From assembly GCA_021734945.1 (NCBI GenBank), contig JAIPIA010000001.1, forward strand, positions 308,415-372,414: a stretch of 64,000 nucleotides of DNA. The letters run 5' to 3'. Origin of the DNA: Minisyncoccota bacterium (GTDB lineage: Bacteria; Patescibacteriota; Minisyncoccia; Phycocordibacterales; CAIZLB01). The notes beneath the pieces are model-generated. The model worked only from the letters and a program-made list of their open reading frames with translations, searched no databases and had not been told where the DNA came from. Below, in pieces: positions 35,977-47,218 of the stretch (the first letter of the stretch is position 1; every line of letters starts with the position of its first letter). The position numbers and the translations under genes were made by a program.

Positions 35977-36951
35977 ATAGACGACATAAGCAAAAGTTAG
36001 GAACATGCCTTGCCACTTCTCAATGGTGTATTTTTTACCAACCAAAAGCACAACAAACAGTAAGACACTAGAAAATATAAGAAAAATAAAATCAATATCA
36101 GAGCCTTTATCTATTGGTAATGGATTTATAACAGAAGTTATACCCAAAATCCAAAAGATATTAAAAATATTAGAACCTACTATATTTCCAATTGCGATGT
36201 CTGACTGTTTCTTGAATGCAGCAACAATTGAAGTCGCCAATTCAGGTAGCGATGTGCCGATAGCAACAATTGTTAGGCCTATCATTGATTCCGAGATTCC
36301 GAACAATGTCGCAATTGAAACTGCCCCGTCAACTATCCATTTTCCACCTACGATAAGGCCAGCCAGCCCGAGCACTATATATATTATACTTTTGGAAATA
36401 GACATCGGAGAACCAACAGACTGGATAGATTCTTTAGAATTATTAATTTGTTCACTCAAATCAGGTGACTCAGGCGATTTGATTTTAGCAATTTTAAATG
36501 TGTATATAAGGAACAAAACAAAAAAGAAAATAAGTACCAATCCATCCAACCTAGAAAGGATATCTATATTACTAGCACCAAAAATACTATCCTTTGAGAG
36601 AATAACGAGTAAAAGAGTTGCACCTATAGCAAACGGTATTTCTCGAAATGCAGTATTTTTATGGACTATTAAAGGAAAAATAAGAGAGCTAACACCTAAA
36701 ATCAAGAGCACATTTGCAATGTTACTTCCAATGATATTTCCAACCGCAAGATCTACGTTTCCTGAAAAAGCAGACATCAGGTTAACTACGAGTTCTGGAG
36801 CAGACGTACCAAATGCCACTATTGTAAGACCTATTACAATACTAGATATACCATATCTCTCAGCGATTGAAACAGACCCGTCAACCAACATATCAGCACC
36901 TTTTACTAACAGCGCGAAACCGACAATAAACAGAAGAATTGTAAGAAACAT
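35953..36951 (-). CDS. Ca2+/cation antiporter (CaCA family, YrbG-like)
   Basis: Duplicated alpha-repeat motifs GTSAPELV and GTSLPELA; ~10 TM segments. Confidence 0.75.
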   Translation of the reverse strand: MFLTILLFIVGFALLVKGADMLVDGSVSIAERYGISSIVIGLTIVAFGTSAPELVVNLMSAFSGNVDLAVGNIIGSNIANVLLILGVSSLIFPLIVHKNTAFREIPFAIGATLLLVILSKDSIFGASNIDILSRLDGLVLIFFFVLFLIYTFKIAKIKSPESPDLSEQINNSKESIQSVGSPMSISKSIIYIVLGLAGLIVGGKWIVDGAVSIATLFGISESMIGLTIVAIGTSLPELATSIVAAFKKQSDIAIGNIVGSNIFNIFWILGITSVINPLPIDKGSDIDFIFLIFSSVLLFVVLLVGKKYTIEKWQGMFLTFAYVVYLVTFWFR

Positions 36952-37031
36952 TATTTTAGGATATTAATTTAAATTAACTACAAGGGAATACTACTACCCT
37001 TTTTTCTTTACTAAACACCGCCGTCAAATCC

Positions 37032-39521
37032 CTACAAGCAGATAACTGACGCCAAACTGTCCCCTTCTCGCAATTTCATGATTCGTACACCCTGTGTATC
37101 TCGTCCAAGAGTTGGGATTTCACTGAGACTACATCGAATAACCTGACTTTTCTTTGAGATAGCAACAGCTTCTTCAAACTCACTATTTACAATACTTGCA
37201 GAGATAAGATCGCCTGTCTTCTCAGTTACTTTTATAGTCTTAATTCCAGAACCACCTCGTCCTTGTACTTTGTATTCTTCGAGTTCTGTTTTCTTTCCAT
37301 AACCGTTCGCAGAAACTACAAAGATAGCACCATCATTTGAACCCTTCTTTATTGCATCAGCACCCACAACTGAAACTTTTTTATCAAGTTTCATTACTCG
37401 TACACCTCCAGCTGCTCGTCCCATTTCTCGTACTTCGTCCTGATCAAATCGGATAGACTGACCGTCTGAAGATACAACCATTACGTTATCGCCTTTTTCT
37501 ACAAATGAAGCTGATACAAGTTCGTCACCAGCATCAAGTCGGATAGCAATGATTCCACTTCGTCGTACATCATGGAAACTTTCTGCAGATACTTTCTTTC
37601 CAGTTCCTTGCTTTGTTACGAGGAATAATGAAAGCTCACTTCCCTTCTTTATTTCTTTTGGCATTGGTAAAATAGAAGTAACCTTTTCTGTACCCTCGAG
37701 TGAAAGGAAATTCATAATAGACTTACCTCGAGTAGCTCGCTTACCTTCTGGAATATCATACATCTTGATCTTGTATGCCTTGCCTTTGTCTGTGAAGAAT
37801 AGAAGTTCACTGTGGTTTGTAGTCGTGATGAGGTGCGTAATAAAATCCTCCTCTTTTGTATTAAGATCAACAACTCCCACTCCACCTCGTTTCTGTTTTC
37901 GGTATTCGTCTGGATCAGTTCGCTTCACATAACCACCTGAAGTGAGTACAAGTACAGATTCTTCATCTGGGATAACGTCTTCTATAGAGAAATTCTTGGC
38001 ACCGTGCTTTATAACTTTTGTTCGTCGGTCATCACCAAATCGCTCTCGAACATCAACAAGTTCATCTTGAATGATTCGCACAACTCGCTTTGGATTCTTG
38101 AGAATATCCTGACACTCTTTGATAAATGCTTGCACGGCAAACAATTGATCCTCAATTTTCTTTCGCTCAAGACCCGCAAGCTTCTGGAGTCGCATTTCAA
38201 GAATTGCAGTAGCCTGTCGTTCTGAGAACTTGAATTCCTTCATCAAATTTGCATGAGCTGTTGGAGTGTCCTTTGAAGCCTTGATGAGCTTGATGATTTG
38301 ATCAATATGATCGAGTGCCTTTTTGAGACCAAGCAAGATATGCTCTTCATCAAGTGCTTTAGCTAGATCGTACTCAGTTCGCCGTCGGATAACCTCTTTT
38401 CGGTGTTTGAGGAATTCTTCAAGACATGTCTTGAGAGAAACAGTTTGTGGCACACCGTCAACGAGTGCAACCATGTTGAAGTGGAACGTTGTTTCAAGCT
38501 GTGTATGTTTGTATAAAAAGTTTAGAACATTTTGTGGGTAACTTCCGTTTTTGAGTTCAATAACAATACGAATATCAGATGTTGATTCATCTCGAAGGTC
38601 CTTGATGCCTTCAAGTTTTTTGTCACGCACAAGATCAGCAATCGACTCAATAAGACTAGACTTATTTACTCGGAAAGGAATAGACGTAATCATAATCTTT
38701 GATTGTCCTGCTTTCTCCTCTATGATTTCAGCTTCACCTCGACACACAACACCTCCTCGTCCGTGAGTATATGCATGAGTAATATCTGATGAACCATAAA
38801 TCACACCTCCCATTGGGAAGTCTGGACCTTTTATAAACTGTAGAAGGTCTTCTGTCGTAGCATCTTCATTTTCAAGTAAATGAGCAGAAGCATCTACAAG
38901 CTCTCGCAAGTTGTGCGGAGGGAAGTTTGTCGCCATACCTACTGCAATACCAAGAATACCGTTGAGTAGTAGGTTTGGAACAGTTGTAGGAAGAACTGAT
39001 GGTTCTTGCTTTGTACTATCATAGTTTGGCACCATGTTTACAGTCTGCTTGTTGATGTCTCGAAGAAGTTCACTCGCAAGCTTTGACATCTTTGCTTCTG
39101 TATATCGAGGGGCAGCTGGGTTGTCGCCGTCTACTGATCCAAAGTTTCCCTGTCCTGCAATAAGTGGATATCGGAGTGTGAAGTCCTGCGCCATACCTGC
39201 AAGAGATGAATAAATAGCAGCATCGCCGTGTGGGTGATAATTACCCATCACTTCTCCCACCACAAAGGCTGACTTACGAAACTTAGCAGAGTATGTAAGA
39301 TTGTTTTGATTCATCGCATACAGAATACGTCGATGTACAGGTTTCAACCCATCACGAATATCTGGAAGAGCACGATCTGTAATAACTGACATGGCATAGT
39401 CAATATAAGACTCTCGCATTTCATTTGTGAGACTTCGTGATTCTATTCGCTCAACGAGCATATTCGCAGCATGATTCGCAGCTTTCTCAGATTCAGATCG
39501 TTCTTCGTATTTTTTTGCCAT
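37032..39521 (-). CDS. gyrA: DNA gyrase subunit A
   Basis: [21 protein letters not shown] (active-site Tyr region), QRDD-like region, C-terminal beta-pinwheel with GyrA-box-like QKRGGVG. Confidence 0.85.
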   Translation of the reverse strand: MAKKYEERSESEKAANHAANMLVERIESRSLTNEMRESYIDYAMSVITDRALPDIRDGLKPVHRRILYAMNQNNLTYSAKFRKSAFVVGEVMGNYHPHGDAAIYSSLAGMAQDFTLRYPLIAGQGNFGSVDGDNPAAPRYTEAKMSKLASELLRDINKQTVNMVPNYDSTKQEPSVLPTTVPNLLLNGILGIAVGMATNFPPHNLRELVDASAHLLENEDATTEDLLQFIKGPDFPMGGVIYGSSDITHAYTHGRGGVVCRGEAEIIEEKAGQSKIMITSIPFRVNKSSLIESIADLVRDKKLEGIKDLRDESTSDIRIVIELKNGSYPQNVLNFLYKHTQLETTFHFNMVALVDGVPQTVSLKTCLEEFLKHRKEVIRRRTEYDLAKALDEEHILLGLKKALDHIDQIIKLIKASKDTPTAHANLMKEFKFSERQATAILEMRLQKLAGLERKKIEDQLFAVQAFIKECQDILKNPKRVVRIIQDELVDVRERFGDDRRTKVIKHGAKNFSIEDVIPDEESVLVLTSGGYVKRTDPDEYRKQKRGGVGVVDLNTKEEDFITHLITTTNHSELLFFTDKGKAYKIKMYDIPEGKRATRGKSIMNFLSLEGTEKVTSILPMPKEIKKGSELSLFLVTKQGTGKKVSAESFHDVRRSGIIAIRLDAGDELVSASFVEKGDNVMVVSSDGQSIRFDQDEVREMGRAAGGVRVMKLDKKVSVVGADAIKKGSNDGAIFVVSANGYGKKTELEEYKVQGRGGSGIKTIKVTEKTGDLISASIVNSEFEEAVAISKKSQVIRCSLSEIPTLGRDTQGVRIMKLREGDSLASVICL

Positions 39522-39597
39522 ATTGATTTACAGTGTTTTGTAAAATTCTTAATAAAATAAAATGTCCGCAAAGATTTGCGTATAGCTTTAGTTGCGA

Positions 39598-40065
39598 CTA
39601 TTGTACCAAAACTTCACTCGAAGTGGTAGCTTTATTCTCTTGATTAACCTGCTTTTTTGTATTCAAAATGTCATTTAAGCTCTTTGAGGAGTTGTTTGAA
39701 GAATTATTTGACTCAACATCAACATTATTGTCCTCAGCTACAACATCAGTCGTAAAAACATCTTCACTAGTAGAAGCATTTTCATTTTGAATATTCATAT
39801 CTCCTTCCACAAAACTAGTCCCAGCACCAATTTTCGTTCGAACGTTTGCGTAGCTTTCACCAATAAGAGTGCTCATTTTACTCAAAAAACTTGTTGGACT
39901 TTCAATTTTTGGTTTAGCTGTCAAAATTTGATTTGAATAATTTAAAAAAGAAATAAACCAAAAAAATGCAATTATAGTTGTAATACCCAAACTAACACTA
40001 AGAGTTATTCCCTTTCTTACAGATTCAGGTTTTGAACGAATGTTTTTAATAATTTTTTGAAGCAT
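39598..40065 (-). CDS. Hypothetical membrane-anchored protein with N/S-rich C-terminus
   Basis: ORF plus TM segment. Confidence 0.4.
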   Translation of the reverse strand: MLQKIIKNIRSKPESVRKGITLSVSLGITTIIAFFWFISFLNYSNQILTAKPKIESPTSFLSKMSTLIGESYANVRTKIGAGTSFVEGDMNIQNENASTSEDVFTTDVVAEDNNVDVESNNSSNNSSKSLNDILNTKKQVNQENKATTSSEVLVQ

Positions 40066-40152
40066 TTTTTAAAGTAAGTTTACATCTGAAGTATAGCAGA
40101 TTTTCTAAATATCTTAATTTAAGTCAAATAACTTCTAGTTGCGAAACTATTA

Positions 40153-40812
40153 CTAAACCTGTGGTGCAAGCAACACAATCTCACCTTCCTTGTTTTCCAA
40201 ATCTTTTCGCTTAACTGTAAGTTTATCGATAGCACCAACAGTAGAACCTGCTTCTTTGAGAAAGGCTTTTACGCAATCATCTTTTTCACTTTTGAAATGC
40301 ATTGGGATGACCATCTTTGCTTCGACGTTCATTGCAATCTTGTAGGCTTCTTTCGCGTCATACACCCCACTTCCACCAATAGGTACAAAGAGTAAATCAA
40401 CTACATCAATAGCAGCAGAAAGTGTACTTGGTAGAGCTCCACTTTGTGCACCCAAAAAAAGCATGTTTATACCATCAACACTGAGTGAATAAATAGTATT
40501 TACTCTTTTACCACCTGCACCATTTTCATTATTAATAGTTTTAGGATCATATTCTGAAACTCCGGCAATACCGTGTACAAAGATGCCGTTAGTCTCATAT
40601 TCACCAGGACCTGAAATAACAAACGGAACTGTGTCACCATATGACATATCTTTTCCTCCATTCATGTCAGCGTGTTCGAGAGTTTGTAATACAACATCAG
40701 CACCAAATTTACTTGATTTAAAATCAGAGTCTTTTGATGGTGGATTAATAGCAATAGTAAGGTCTCCGTACTGTAATTTAAAACATTCGTGTCCAAGGTA
40801 TGTAACAATCAT
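40153..40812 (-). CDS. MBL-fold metal-dependent hydrolase (UPF0173-like)
   Basis: MIVTYLGHECFKL N-terminus typical of this family; ~220 aa. Confidence 0.5.
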   Translation of the reverse strand: MIVTYLGHECFKLQYGDLTIAINPPSKDSDFKSSKFGADVVLQTLEHADMNGGKDMSYGDTVPFVISGPGEYETNGIFVHGIAGVSEYDPKTINNENGAGGKRVNTIYSLSVDGINMLFLGAQSGALPSTLSAAIDVVDLLFVPIGGSGVYDAKEAYKIAMNVEAKMVIPMHFKSEKDDCVKAFLKEAGSTVGAIDKLTVKRKDLENKEGEIVLLAPQV

Positions 40813-41094
40813 GCGAGTATTTTAACCTAACTTAGAAAATAAGCAAAAACTTATTAAAAAACTATGCGAAATATAGCCATATATATAGTATATGTCAATA
40901 CAAACACACTCTTCCAAATAGTCTCCTAATGCGATATACTCTCCAAGCTCTTTATTAACCCGAAGTAGATGTAAACCCTGCTGTGTCCCCGCTCACTTGG
41001 TCTGCAAGTCGCAAAGCCTAACCGCTCACGATTCGCAACCAAGCTAGTGCATCCAGTCCACCCAAGCAGAAGCGTCTATTTCACAAACCTAAAA

Positions 41095-42222
41095 ATGACA
41101 AAAACAAAAGATGCAGCGATTCCAGAAGTCTCAAACGACGAACTAGAACTCGCACCAAAAAATGATAGTTACATGGGGAAACTACTCATTGATACAGCTA
41201 ATCCCCCAAGTGTTGGTGACCTTGTTGAAGGTTCTGTTATCGCTATTGATAAGAAAGGTGTATTCATCGATCTTAAACCATACGGAACAGGTATCATCTT
41301 CGGACGAGAGTATGTTAACGCTCGAGATATTATTCGAAAGGTAAATGTTGGAGACAGTATTGCAGCGAAAGTTGTTGATATGAACAATGAAGACGGTTAC
41401 GTCGAATTGTCACTCAAAGAAGCTAAGCAAGCTCTCACATGGAGTGAAGCTGAAGCAGCTATCAAAGCTAAAACTGTATTTGATATCCCAGTACTTGAAG
41501 CAAACAAAGGAGGTCTTCTCCTTACATGGAACGGTATTCACGGATTCCTTCCTGCTTCACAGCTCAAGGCTGATCACTACCCACGTGTAGCTGATGGTGA
41601 CAAGGATCGAATTCTCGAAGAGCTTAAGAAGTTCGTAGGAACAAAGCTTTCTGTAACTATCATCGGAGCTTCTCCAAAAGAAGGTAAGCTTATCTTCTCT
41701 GAAAAGAACCCTGAAACTAAGGACAAAGAGCGAATCATCGGTAAGTACGCTATCAACGATGAAGCTGAAGGAACAGTTACTGGAGTTGTAGACTTCGGTG
41801 TGTTCATCAAGCTCGAAGAAGGTCTCGAAGGACTCGTTCACATCTCAGAAATCAACTGGGCACTCGTTGAAGATCCACGAGCTCTCTACAAAGTTGGAGA
41901 CAAAGTTAAGGTTAAAGTTATCGAAATCAAAGACGGAAAAATCTCTCTTTCTATCAAAGCTCTCCAGCCAAACCCTTGGAAAGAAGCTGAGAAGAAGTAC
42001 AAGAAAGATGACATCGTTTCAGGTGTTGTTATCAAATTCAACAAACACGGTGCGCTTGCTTCAATCGAAGAAGGTGTTGCTGGACTCGTTCACGTTTCTG
42101 AATTCGGTAGTGATATCAAGCTCAAAGAAAAACTAGAGCTCGGTAAAATCTACACATTCAAGATCAATCTCTTTGACGCTAAGGAGCAGAAGATGGCTTT
42201 GAGTTTTGTGGATAAGAAGTAA
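41095..42222 (+). CDS. rpsA: 30S ribosomal protein S1 (four S1 domains)
   Basis: Repeated S1 motifs (GDLVEGSV..., GTVTGVVDFGVFIKL, GLVHISE). The likely start is MTKTKD; the ORF opens at 41047. Confidence 0.8.
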   Translation: MTKTKDAAIPEVSNDELELAPKNDSYMGKLLIDTANPPSVGDLVEGSVIAIDKKGVFIDLKPYGTGIIFGREYVNARDIIRKVNVGDSIAAKVVDMNNEDGYVELSLKEAKQALTWSEAEAAIKAKTVFDIPVLEANKGGLLLTWNGIHGFLPASQLKADHYPRVADGDKDRILEELKKFVGTKLSVTIIGASPKEGKLIFSEKNPETKDKERIIGKYAINDEAEGTVTGVVDFGVFIKLEEGLEGLVHISEINWALVEDPRALYKVGDKVKVKVIEIKDGKISLSIKALQPNPWKEAEKKYKKDDIVSGVVIKFNKHGALASIEEGVAGLVHVSEFGSDIKLKEKLELGKIYTFKINLFDAKEQKMALSFVDKK

Positions 42223-42243
42223 ATAAGTAAAACCTAAAAATAG

Positions 42244-42316
42244 CCCTGTATCCGGGATTACATCCATGCGATTTCGCGAAATCGTGCCGCGCCACCGTCC
42301 TTACGGCGCGGCCTTT
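42244..42316 (+). terminator. Hairpin-family copy 2 (TGTATCCGGGATTACATCCATGCG) plus rho-independent terminator GCCGCGCCACCGTCCTTACGGCGCGGC + T-run after rpsA
   Basis: Read directly. Confidence 0.6.
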
Positions 42317-42513
42317 TTTGTTTTTAATTTGCTCGCTCCTTAATGTTAGAGACATTTATCTGACTGTTTTTAAGGGTTAATTATGAAGAAAATAAATGCC
42401 AAAATAGCCTTAAATATAGGCGTTTTGGTGGTATAGCTTGACATACCTAGGTATAGTGGTAAAATTGTATTCGTAGAGTTCTTTATAGAGTAGTGACGGG
42501 ATTAGTAAGACTT

Positions 42514-42570
42514 GTTGAAGTGAACACAAAGTGGTTCATATTATATGGACCTTTCTGTGTTCACTTCAAC
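42514..42570. promoter_or_regulatory. Perfect 15-bp inverted repeat GTTGAAGTGAACACA-N27-TGTGTTCACTTCAAC
   Basis: Read directly. It lies upstream of the small GC-rich ORFs. Confidence 0.5.
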
Positions 42571-42635
42571 TCGTCTGACGAGTGTGTAAGTGGCGAAACA
42601 ACAACGCAACTAACAACATACAGAGGATAATCACC

Positions 42636-42779
42636 ATGTCACGCAACGCACCCAGTCCAAGCCAGGACAGCACCACAGACGTTCCTCGCGATCCACATCG
42701 CATTGAACCAGCAGATCGCAAATACGATCCTCGCCCACTCACCGACCGTGCTGGTCCATGGGATGAGAATGATGGCTAG
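42636..42779 (+). CDS. Small acidic, Pro/Asp-rich ORF (47 aa from MSRNAP); GC-rich
   Basis: ORF only; composition is atypical. Confidence 0.25.
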   Translation: MSRNAPSPSQDSTTDVPRDPHRIEPADRKYDPRPLTDRAGPWDENDG

Positions 42780-42964
42780 GCCCGCCCTCAAAGCCCCGCC
42801 CCCTCCGACTCCGCAAGATATTTATCCAAAATCTTGCAGGGTCCGGAGAGGGGCTTTTGTTTTGGAAAAAAAGTGATATATTAAAAATCCTTGCGTTTAG
42901 CAATGTGTAATTAATTTAGAATTATTTTAATTATAGACTGCTAAACACAACAATTAGATCTTTT

Positions 42965-43162
42965 ATGTCAAACACAATAAACACAGTTCACCCTGCGGAT
43001 GGAGATTTTATGATGACTTTTGAGCAAGCTCAAAGCATGGCGTTCGACGGGATTCCGAACAGCGATGACGATCAAGACTTCTATCGCAGTGGAGACTCGT
43101 ACGAAAACCCAGCAAACTACGGCGATTCGTTCAAATCGCGGCGTCCTACAGTGAAGGATTAA
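42965..43162 (+). CDS. Small acidic ORF (65 aa, D/E/Y-rich)
   Basis: ORF only, followed by hairpin GTCGACCGG..CCGGTCGAC. Confidence 0.25.
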   Translation: MSNTINTVHPADGDFMMTFEQAQSMAFDGIPNSDDDQDFYRSGDSYENPANYGDSFKSRRPTVKD

Positions 43163-43170
43163 ATTCACCA

Positions 43171-43208
43171 CGTCGACCGGCCCCAATCTTGGGTGTCCGG
43201 TCGACTTT
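43171..43208. terminator. Bidirectional terminator (GTCGACCGGCCCCAATCTTGGGTGTCCGGTCGAC + T-run)
   Basis: Read directly. Confidence 0.55.
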
Positions 43209-43210
43209 TT

Positions 43211-43846
43211 TTATGAATTAAATTGACTCATCGCCTTCTCCCTTCCCTCCTTTATCAGGACATACAAAGCCTCAGCGCCACTTTTTATTACATCTTTTAT
43301 TTCATCCATCTCAGCAGGCTTAAACGGTCCCACAATAAAATCGAGCAACTTATCACCTGTTGGTTTTTTCGGTTTACCTGTTGGAGTTGTTGGACACACA
43401 CCAACTTTGAGACGTGTGAATGCTTCTGTCTTGATTGTTCTTACGATTGATTCTAGACCTTTATGCCCTCCTGAACCACGATTAAAAAGAATCTTTCCGC
43501 GACCGATAGAGAGATCGAGATCGTCATGAACAACGATAAGTTTTTCTGCTTTTTTTACACTTGTTACAAGAGTCTCAAGTGACTTCCCAGACTTATTCAT
43601 AAAAGTATCAGGTAATAGAAGCATTACTTTTTCGCCATTTACTTCACCTGTAACATATTGAGAGTTGTATTTTTTATTAAATGAAAATTCATCAAAGCCA
43701 GTTTGTTTTGCTGCTTTTTTTGTATCTCGCTTTTCAGCTATTTTTTCTGCATTTTTTGCAAAATATTCAACAAGCATTCGCCCCACATTGTGACGAGTGT
43801 TCTTATATTCTTCACCAGGGTTTCCGAGTCCGACGATTATGTACAT
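43211..43846 (-). CDS. pth: Peptidyl-tRNA hydrolase with C-terminal extension
   Basis: N-terminus MYIIVGLGNPGEEYKNTRHNVG; core ~190 aa. Confidence 0.85.
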   Translation of the reverse strand: MYIIVGLGNPGEEYKNTRHNVGRMLVEYFAKNAEKIAEKRDTKKAAKQTGFDEFSFNKKYNSQYVTGEVNGEKVMLLLPDTFMNKSGKSLETLVTSVKKAEKLIVVHDDLDLSIGRGKILFNRGSGGHKGLESIVRTIKTEAFTRLKVGVCPTTPTGKPKKPTGDKLLDFIVGPFKPAEMDEIKDVIKSGAEALYVLIKEGREKAMSQFNS

Positions 43847-43914
43847 AGTGAAATAATATTAGCATTATTAATTATTTTGGAATAGTCGCACATTTATAGT
43901 ATTATATTCGAATC

Positions 43915-44643
43915 ATGAATGATGAAAATAATTCTTTGGGACAGGTTTCTGGACAACCTTCAATGCAAGACAACCTTAATGACACTATTTTAGAGGCAAG
44001 TGAAGTACCAACAGGGACACCTCTTACATTGGAAAAATACGAAACTGAAATATATGACGTCGATGGAGAGCTTAATCCAGTAGCGCCACAGAATACTCAA
44101 AACCATCACAAAGATGGTATCTCTTGGAAATTTATTTTTTTCATTATCATTATTCTTCTACCCATTCGGCTTTTCGTAGCTGAACCATTTTTAGTATATG
44201 GCAGTTCAATGGAACCAAACTTTGATACAGGAGACTATCTTATTGTTGATGAACTTTCATACAGAGTCTCAAATCCAAAACGTGGTGATGTTGTTGTCCT
44301 ACGCCCACCGACAGACGAAACTAAGCATTTCATCAAAAGAATAGTCGGTCTACCAAATGAGACGATTGATGTTAAAGGAGATCAAGTAACTATCTACAAT
44401 GCAGCGAACCCAAATGGTCTACTTTTAAAAGAGCCATATCTTAAGTTTCACAGCGACAAAGAGGCTCACTTTGATCTCAAAGACAACGAGTATTTTGTTA
44501 TGGGTGACAACAGAACAGTGAGTTACGACTCTCGAAGTTGGGGTCCATTGACAAGAGACCACATTACTGGCAAAGCTTTCTTACGTTTGTATCCTTTCAA
44601 TTCTATTAGTATACTTCCCGGCGACAGTTCAAAATTCAAGTAG
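43915..44643 (+). CDS. lepB: Signal peptidase I
   Basis: SSMEPNF (catalytic Ser), KRGDVVV, GDNRTVSYDSRSWGP boxes; N-terminal TM helix. Confidence 0.8.
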   Translation: MNDENNSLGQVSGQPSMQDNLNDTILEASEVPTGTPLTLEKYETEIYDVDGELNPVAPQNTQNHHKDGISWKFIFFIIIILLPIRLFVAEPFLVYGSSMEPNFDTGDYLIVDELSYRVSNPKRGDVVVLRPPTDETKHFIKRIVGLPNETIDVKGDQVTIYNAANPNGLLLKEPYLKFHSDKEAHFDLKDNEYFVMGDNRTVSYDSRSWGPLTRDHITGKAFLRLYPFNSISILPGDSSKFK

Positions 44644-44740
44644 ACCCCTCCTACACAACTTAGGCAAATTTAGAGGATAAAAGTACATAAAACTGAGGCA
44701 AAACAGAAAAATACGTTGCAAAATAACAATTAAACAACAC

Positions 44741-46015
44741 ATGAAAGAAGCAAAGAAAATACAACCTGTCCACATTCACAAAGGTCACATAAAGGCAGAA
44801 TCTACAGCAAAACACTATGGATTTAACCATTTTGGACAGATAAAGGTAGAAAGACAGGATATCGCTAAGGCTAAAAATTTCAAAGATAGTAAGAAGAACT
44901 CTTTCAACGACAAGGACTCTATTTTGAGTTTTGACAATCTTCTTGAGGAAAAAATCGCCCTTGTTCGTGCGTATTTGGATAAACAGATGAATGACATGAG
45001 TCAGCCGCCTATGGTGTACTTTAGTGGACCACTTGAAGGTAATCCTCACACTCATGAAGGTGACAAAAAAGGTGAAAAAACTAAACTTAAGACATTCAAT
45101 TTTGATATCTTAGGAAATTCAAAAAGTATTGCTGATGCTATCGTTATTGAAACAGCTTTTATTATTCTCAAAGAACATCTTGATGACAAAGATGCTGAAC
45201 TCTCGATTGAAATTAACTCTATAGGCGACAAAGATTCATTTGCACGATTCAACAAAGAATTTAGTGGATTTTGTAAAAAGAGATTAACAGAACTTCCAAC
45301 TGAATGGAAAAATGCTTTTAAGAAAGATCCTCTGTCTCTTTTCAAATGTACAGATGAAGCATGTAGTATTCTTCTTGATGAGGCTCCAAAACCTATGAGT
45401 TATCTTTCAGAACAGAGTAGAGACCATTTTCGTGAAGTACTTGAGTACATCGAATCCCTTTCGCTTCCCTACACCATCAATCATTCTTTGATCGGTAGTA
45501 AACACTATTCTTCTGGAACAATTTTCCAAATTGTAAAAATTACTTGCGAAACAACAAAACTCGGCAAGAAGATAGAAAAGCGAGAAGTTTTGGCTATAGG
45601 AGAAAGATATAATACGGTTTCAAAAAAGGCTTGGGGCAAAAAGGAAATTCCTGCAATAGGTGCAACTCTTTTAGTTAATGAAAAAGCTCTCAAAAATATG
45701 AAGGAGTCAGCTAAGCATCCTAAACAGCAAGAAGCTCGATTCTACTTTATTCAACTTGGATATGATGCAAAACTCAAGAGTCTCACAATCATCGAGATGC
45801 TACGTATTGCCAACATTCCTGTCCACCAATCACTCTCGCGTGACAAGATCACGAGTCAGCTAGCCGCTGCAGAAAAGATGGGTGTGCCTTACATTCTAAT
45901 TCTCGGGCAAAAAGAAGCTATCGAAGGAAGTGTGACTATTCGTCACATGCATACACGCGTACAGGAAACAGTACTCGTACATCAGTTGGTTGAGTATCTT
46001 AAAAAACTCAAGTAA
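44741..46015 (+). CDS. Divergent class IIa histidyl-tRNA synthetase-like protein (HisRS or HisZ-like paralogue)
   Basis: FDILGNSK..ADAIVIETAFIIL (HisRS motif-2 region), GERYNTV and a C-terminal anticodon-binding domain (ILILGQKEAIEGSVTIRHM). Motif 1 is not evident. Confidence 0.5.
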   Translation: MKEAKKIQPVHIHKGHIKAESTAKHYGFNHFGQIKVERQDIAKAKNFKDSKKNSFNDKDSILSFDNLLEEKIALVRAYLDKQMNDMSQPPMVYFSGPLEGNPHTHEGDKKGEKTKLKTFNFDILGNSKSIADAIVIETAFIILKEHLDDKDAELSIEINSIGDKDSFARFNKEFSGFCKKRLTELPTEWKNAFKKDPLSLFKCTDEACSILLDEAPKPMSYLSEQSRDHFREVLEYIESLSLPYTINHSLIGSKHYSSGTIFQIVKITCETTKLGKKIEKREVLAIGERYNTVSKKAWGKKEIPAIGATLLVNEKALKNMKESAKHPKQQEARFYFIQLGYDAKLKSLTIIEMLRIANIPVHQSLSRDKITSQLAAAEKMGVPYILILGQKEAIEGSVTIRHMHTRVQETVLVHQLVEYLKKLK

Positions 46016-46140
46016 AGAGATCACTCAGATTTAAAGTATGTTTTGAAATATTTAAAAAGACGAAAACCTCGTGCGCCTGAGTACAAATGAGTACAGAGAG
46101 CGGACGAGGTTTTTGAGTTTTGATACTTGTCACAGAAATA

Positions 46141-46788
46141 TCAAAACCAAGGTGATTGAGGAAAGTGGACACTTGCCATACGAGACCGGAGGATCAGAGT
46201 TCTGCCGACTGGAATATGAGTGATGTTTTCATCCTTTTTATCCAGCATAACAATCCACTTTCCGTTTCCAACACTCGGCGACGAAGCAAGACAACGACCG
46301 AGACAACCGTCATTACGCATGACAGGAATCACGTTTTCACCACCCAACAGAGCAAAAGGTTGATTTGTGTCCCTTTTGATAGGATTCAACCTACTCAAAA
46401 GAGCAATGAGAACGTGCCGAGGAAGAGCATTCTCGTGACTAACACAGTCATTGAAAACACTGATTGGAATCGGCTTATTCACAAGCCTCTTCTTGATAAT
46501 CAACTGATCAAGCACCCGCTCAGGACGTTGATGAGAAAAAGCATCAATGGCGATTTTTGACAAAGTAGAATTGCCAATGGATTCGCTCATCTTCTGCGTA
46601 GCAAGCCCGTCGTCCATGGAGAAAAACATCGGATCTTCGCTGAGATAGGAACCTGCTGGGAGCAAGCCCTCTTCACAGAGAAGCTCAAATGGATTCAACA
46701 TGAAAGTCTGAGTGACGATTGTTGGATGAAGGAAACGCTCAAGTTCTGAGAAACTTCCTCTGTTGTTGTGTAAAAGTTCAATTGGCAT
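46141..46788 (-). CDS. Hypothetical protein; GC-rich ORF
   Basis: ORF only. Confidence 0.4.
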   Translation of the reverse strand: MPIELLHNNRGSFSELERFLHPTIVTQTFMLNPFELLCEEGLLPAGSYLSEDPMFFSMDDGLATQKMSESIGNSTLSKIAIDAFSHQRPERVLDQLIIKKRLVNKPIPISVFNDCVSHENALPRHVLIALLSRLNPIKRDTNQPFALLGGENVIPVMRNDGCLGRCLASSPSVGNGKWIVMLDKKDENITHIPVGRTLILRSRMASVHFPQSPWF

Positions 46789-46978
46789 GGGTATTAATAA
46801 GGGTAACTGAGGTTATCTGAATTTGAATTCGATTTGTACACACCAGAAGTGATATGCAGGAATCGAATCCATGCGGGATTGCGGGGTTTGACAGAGAGAC
46901 GGAACGCCTTTCTAATGTAGAACGGTATCACAAAACACCGTTGCACTCAATGACTCTGCATGATATAGTGGTGCGCAT

Positions 46979-47218
46979 ATGATAAATGTCAATATAGAGA
47001 AAAACGCAACTGAAAGCGCAGCTTCAGTTCTCCGACGATTCACAAAAAAGGTTCAGGAATCAGGTGTTCTTAACCGAGTACGATCTATCAAGTACTCAGC
47101 AAGAAACCTCTCAGATTACAAGAAAAAGAAGGGTGCACTCGAAAAGCTCCGACGAGGAAAGGAACGAGAAACACTTCTCAAACTCGGTAAACTTGTAGAA
47201 ACAAAGAAGCGACGATAA
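46979..47218 (+). CDS. rpsU: 30S ribosomal protein S21
   Basis: ESAASVLRRFTKKVQESGVL..VR..KYSARNLSDYKKK pattern; basic, 79 aa. Confidence 0.75.
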   Translation: MINVNIEKNATESAASVLRRFTKKVQESGVLNRVRSIKYSARNLSDYKKKKGALEKLRRGKERETLLKLGKLVETKKRR

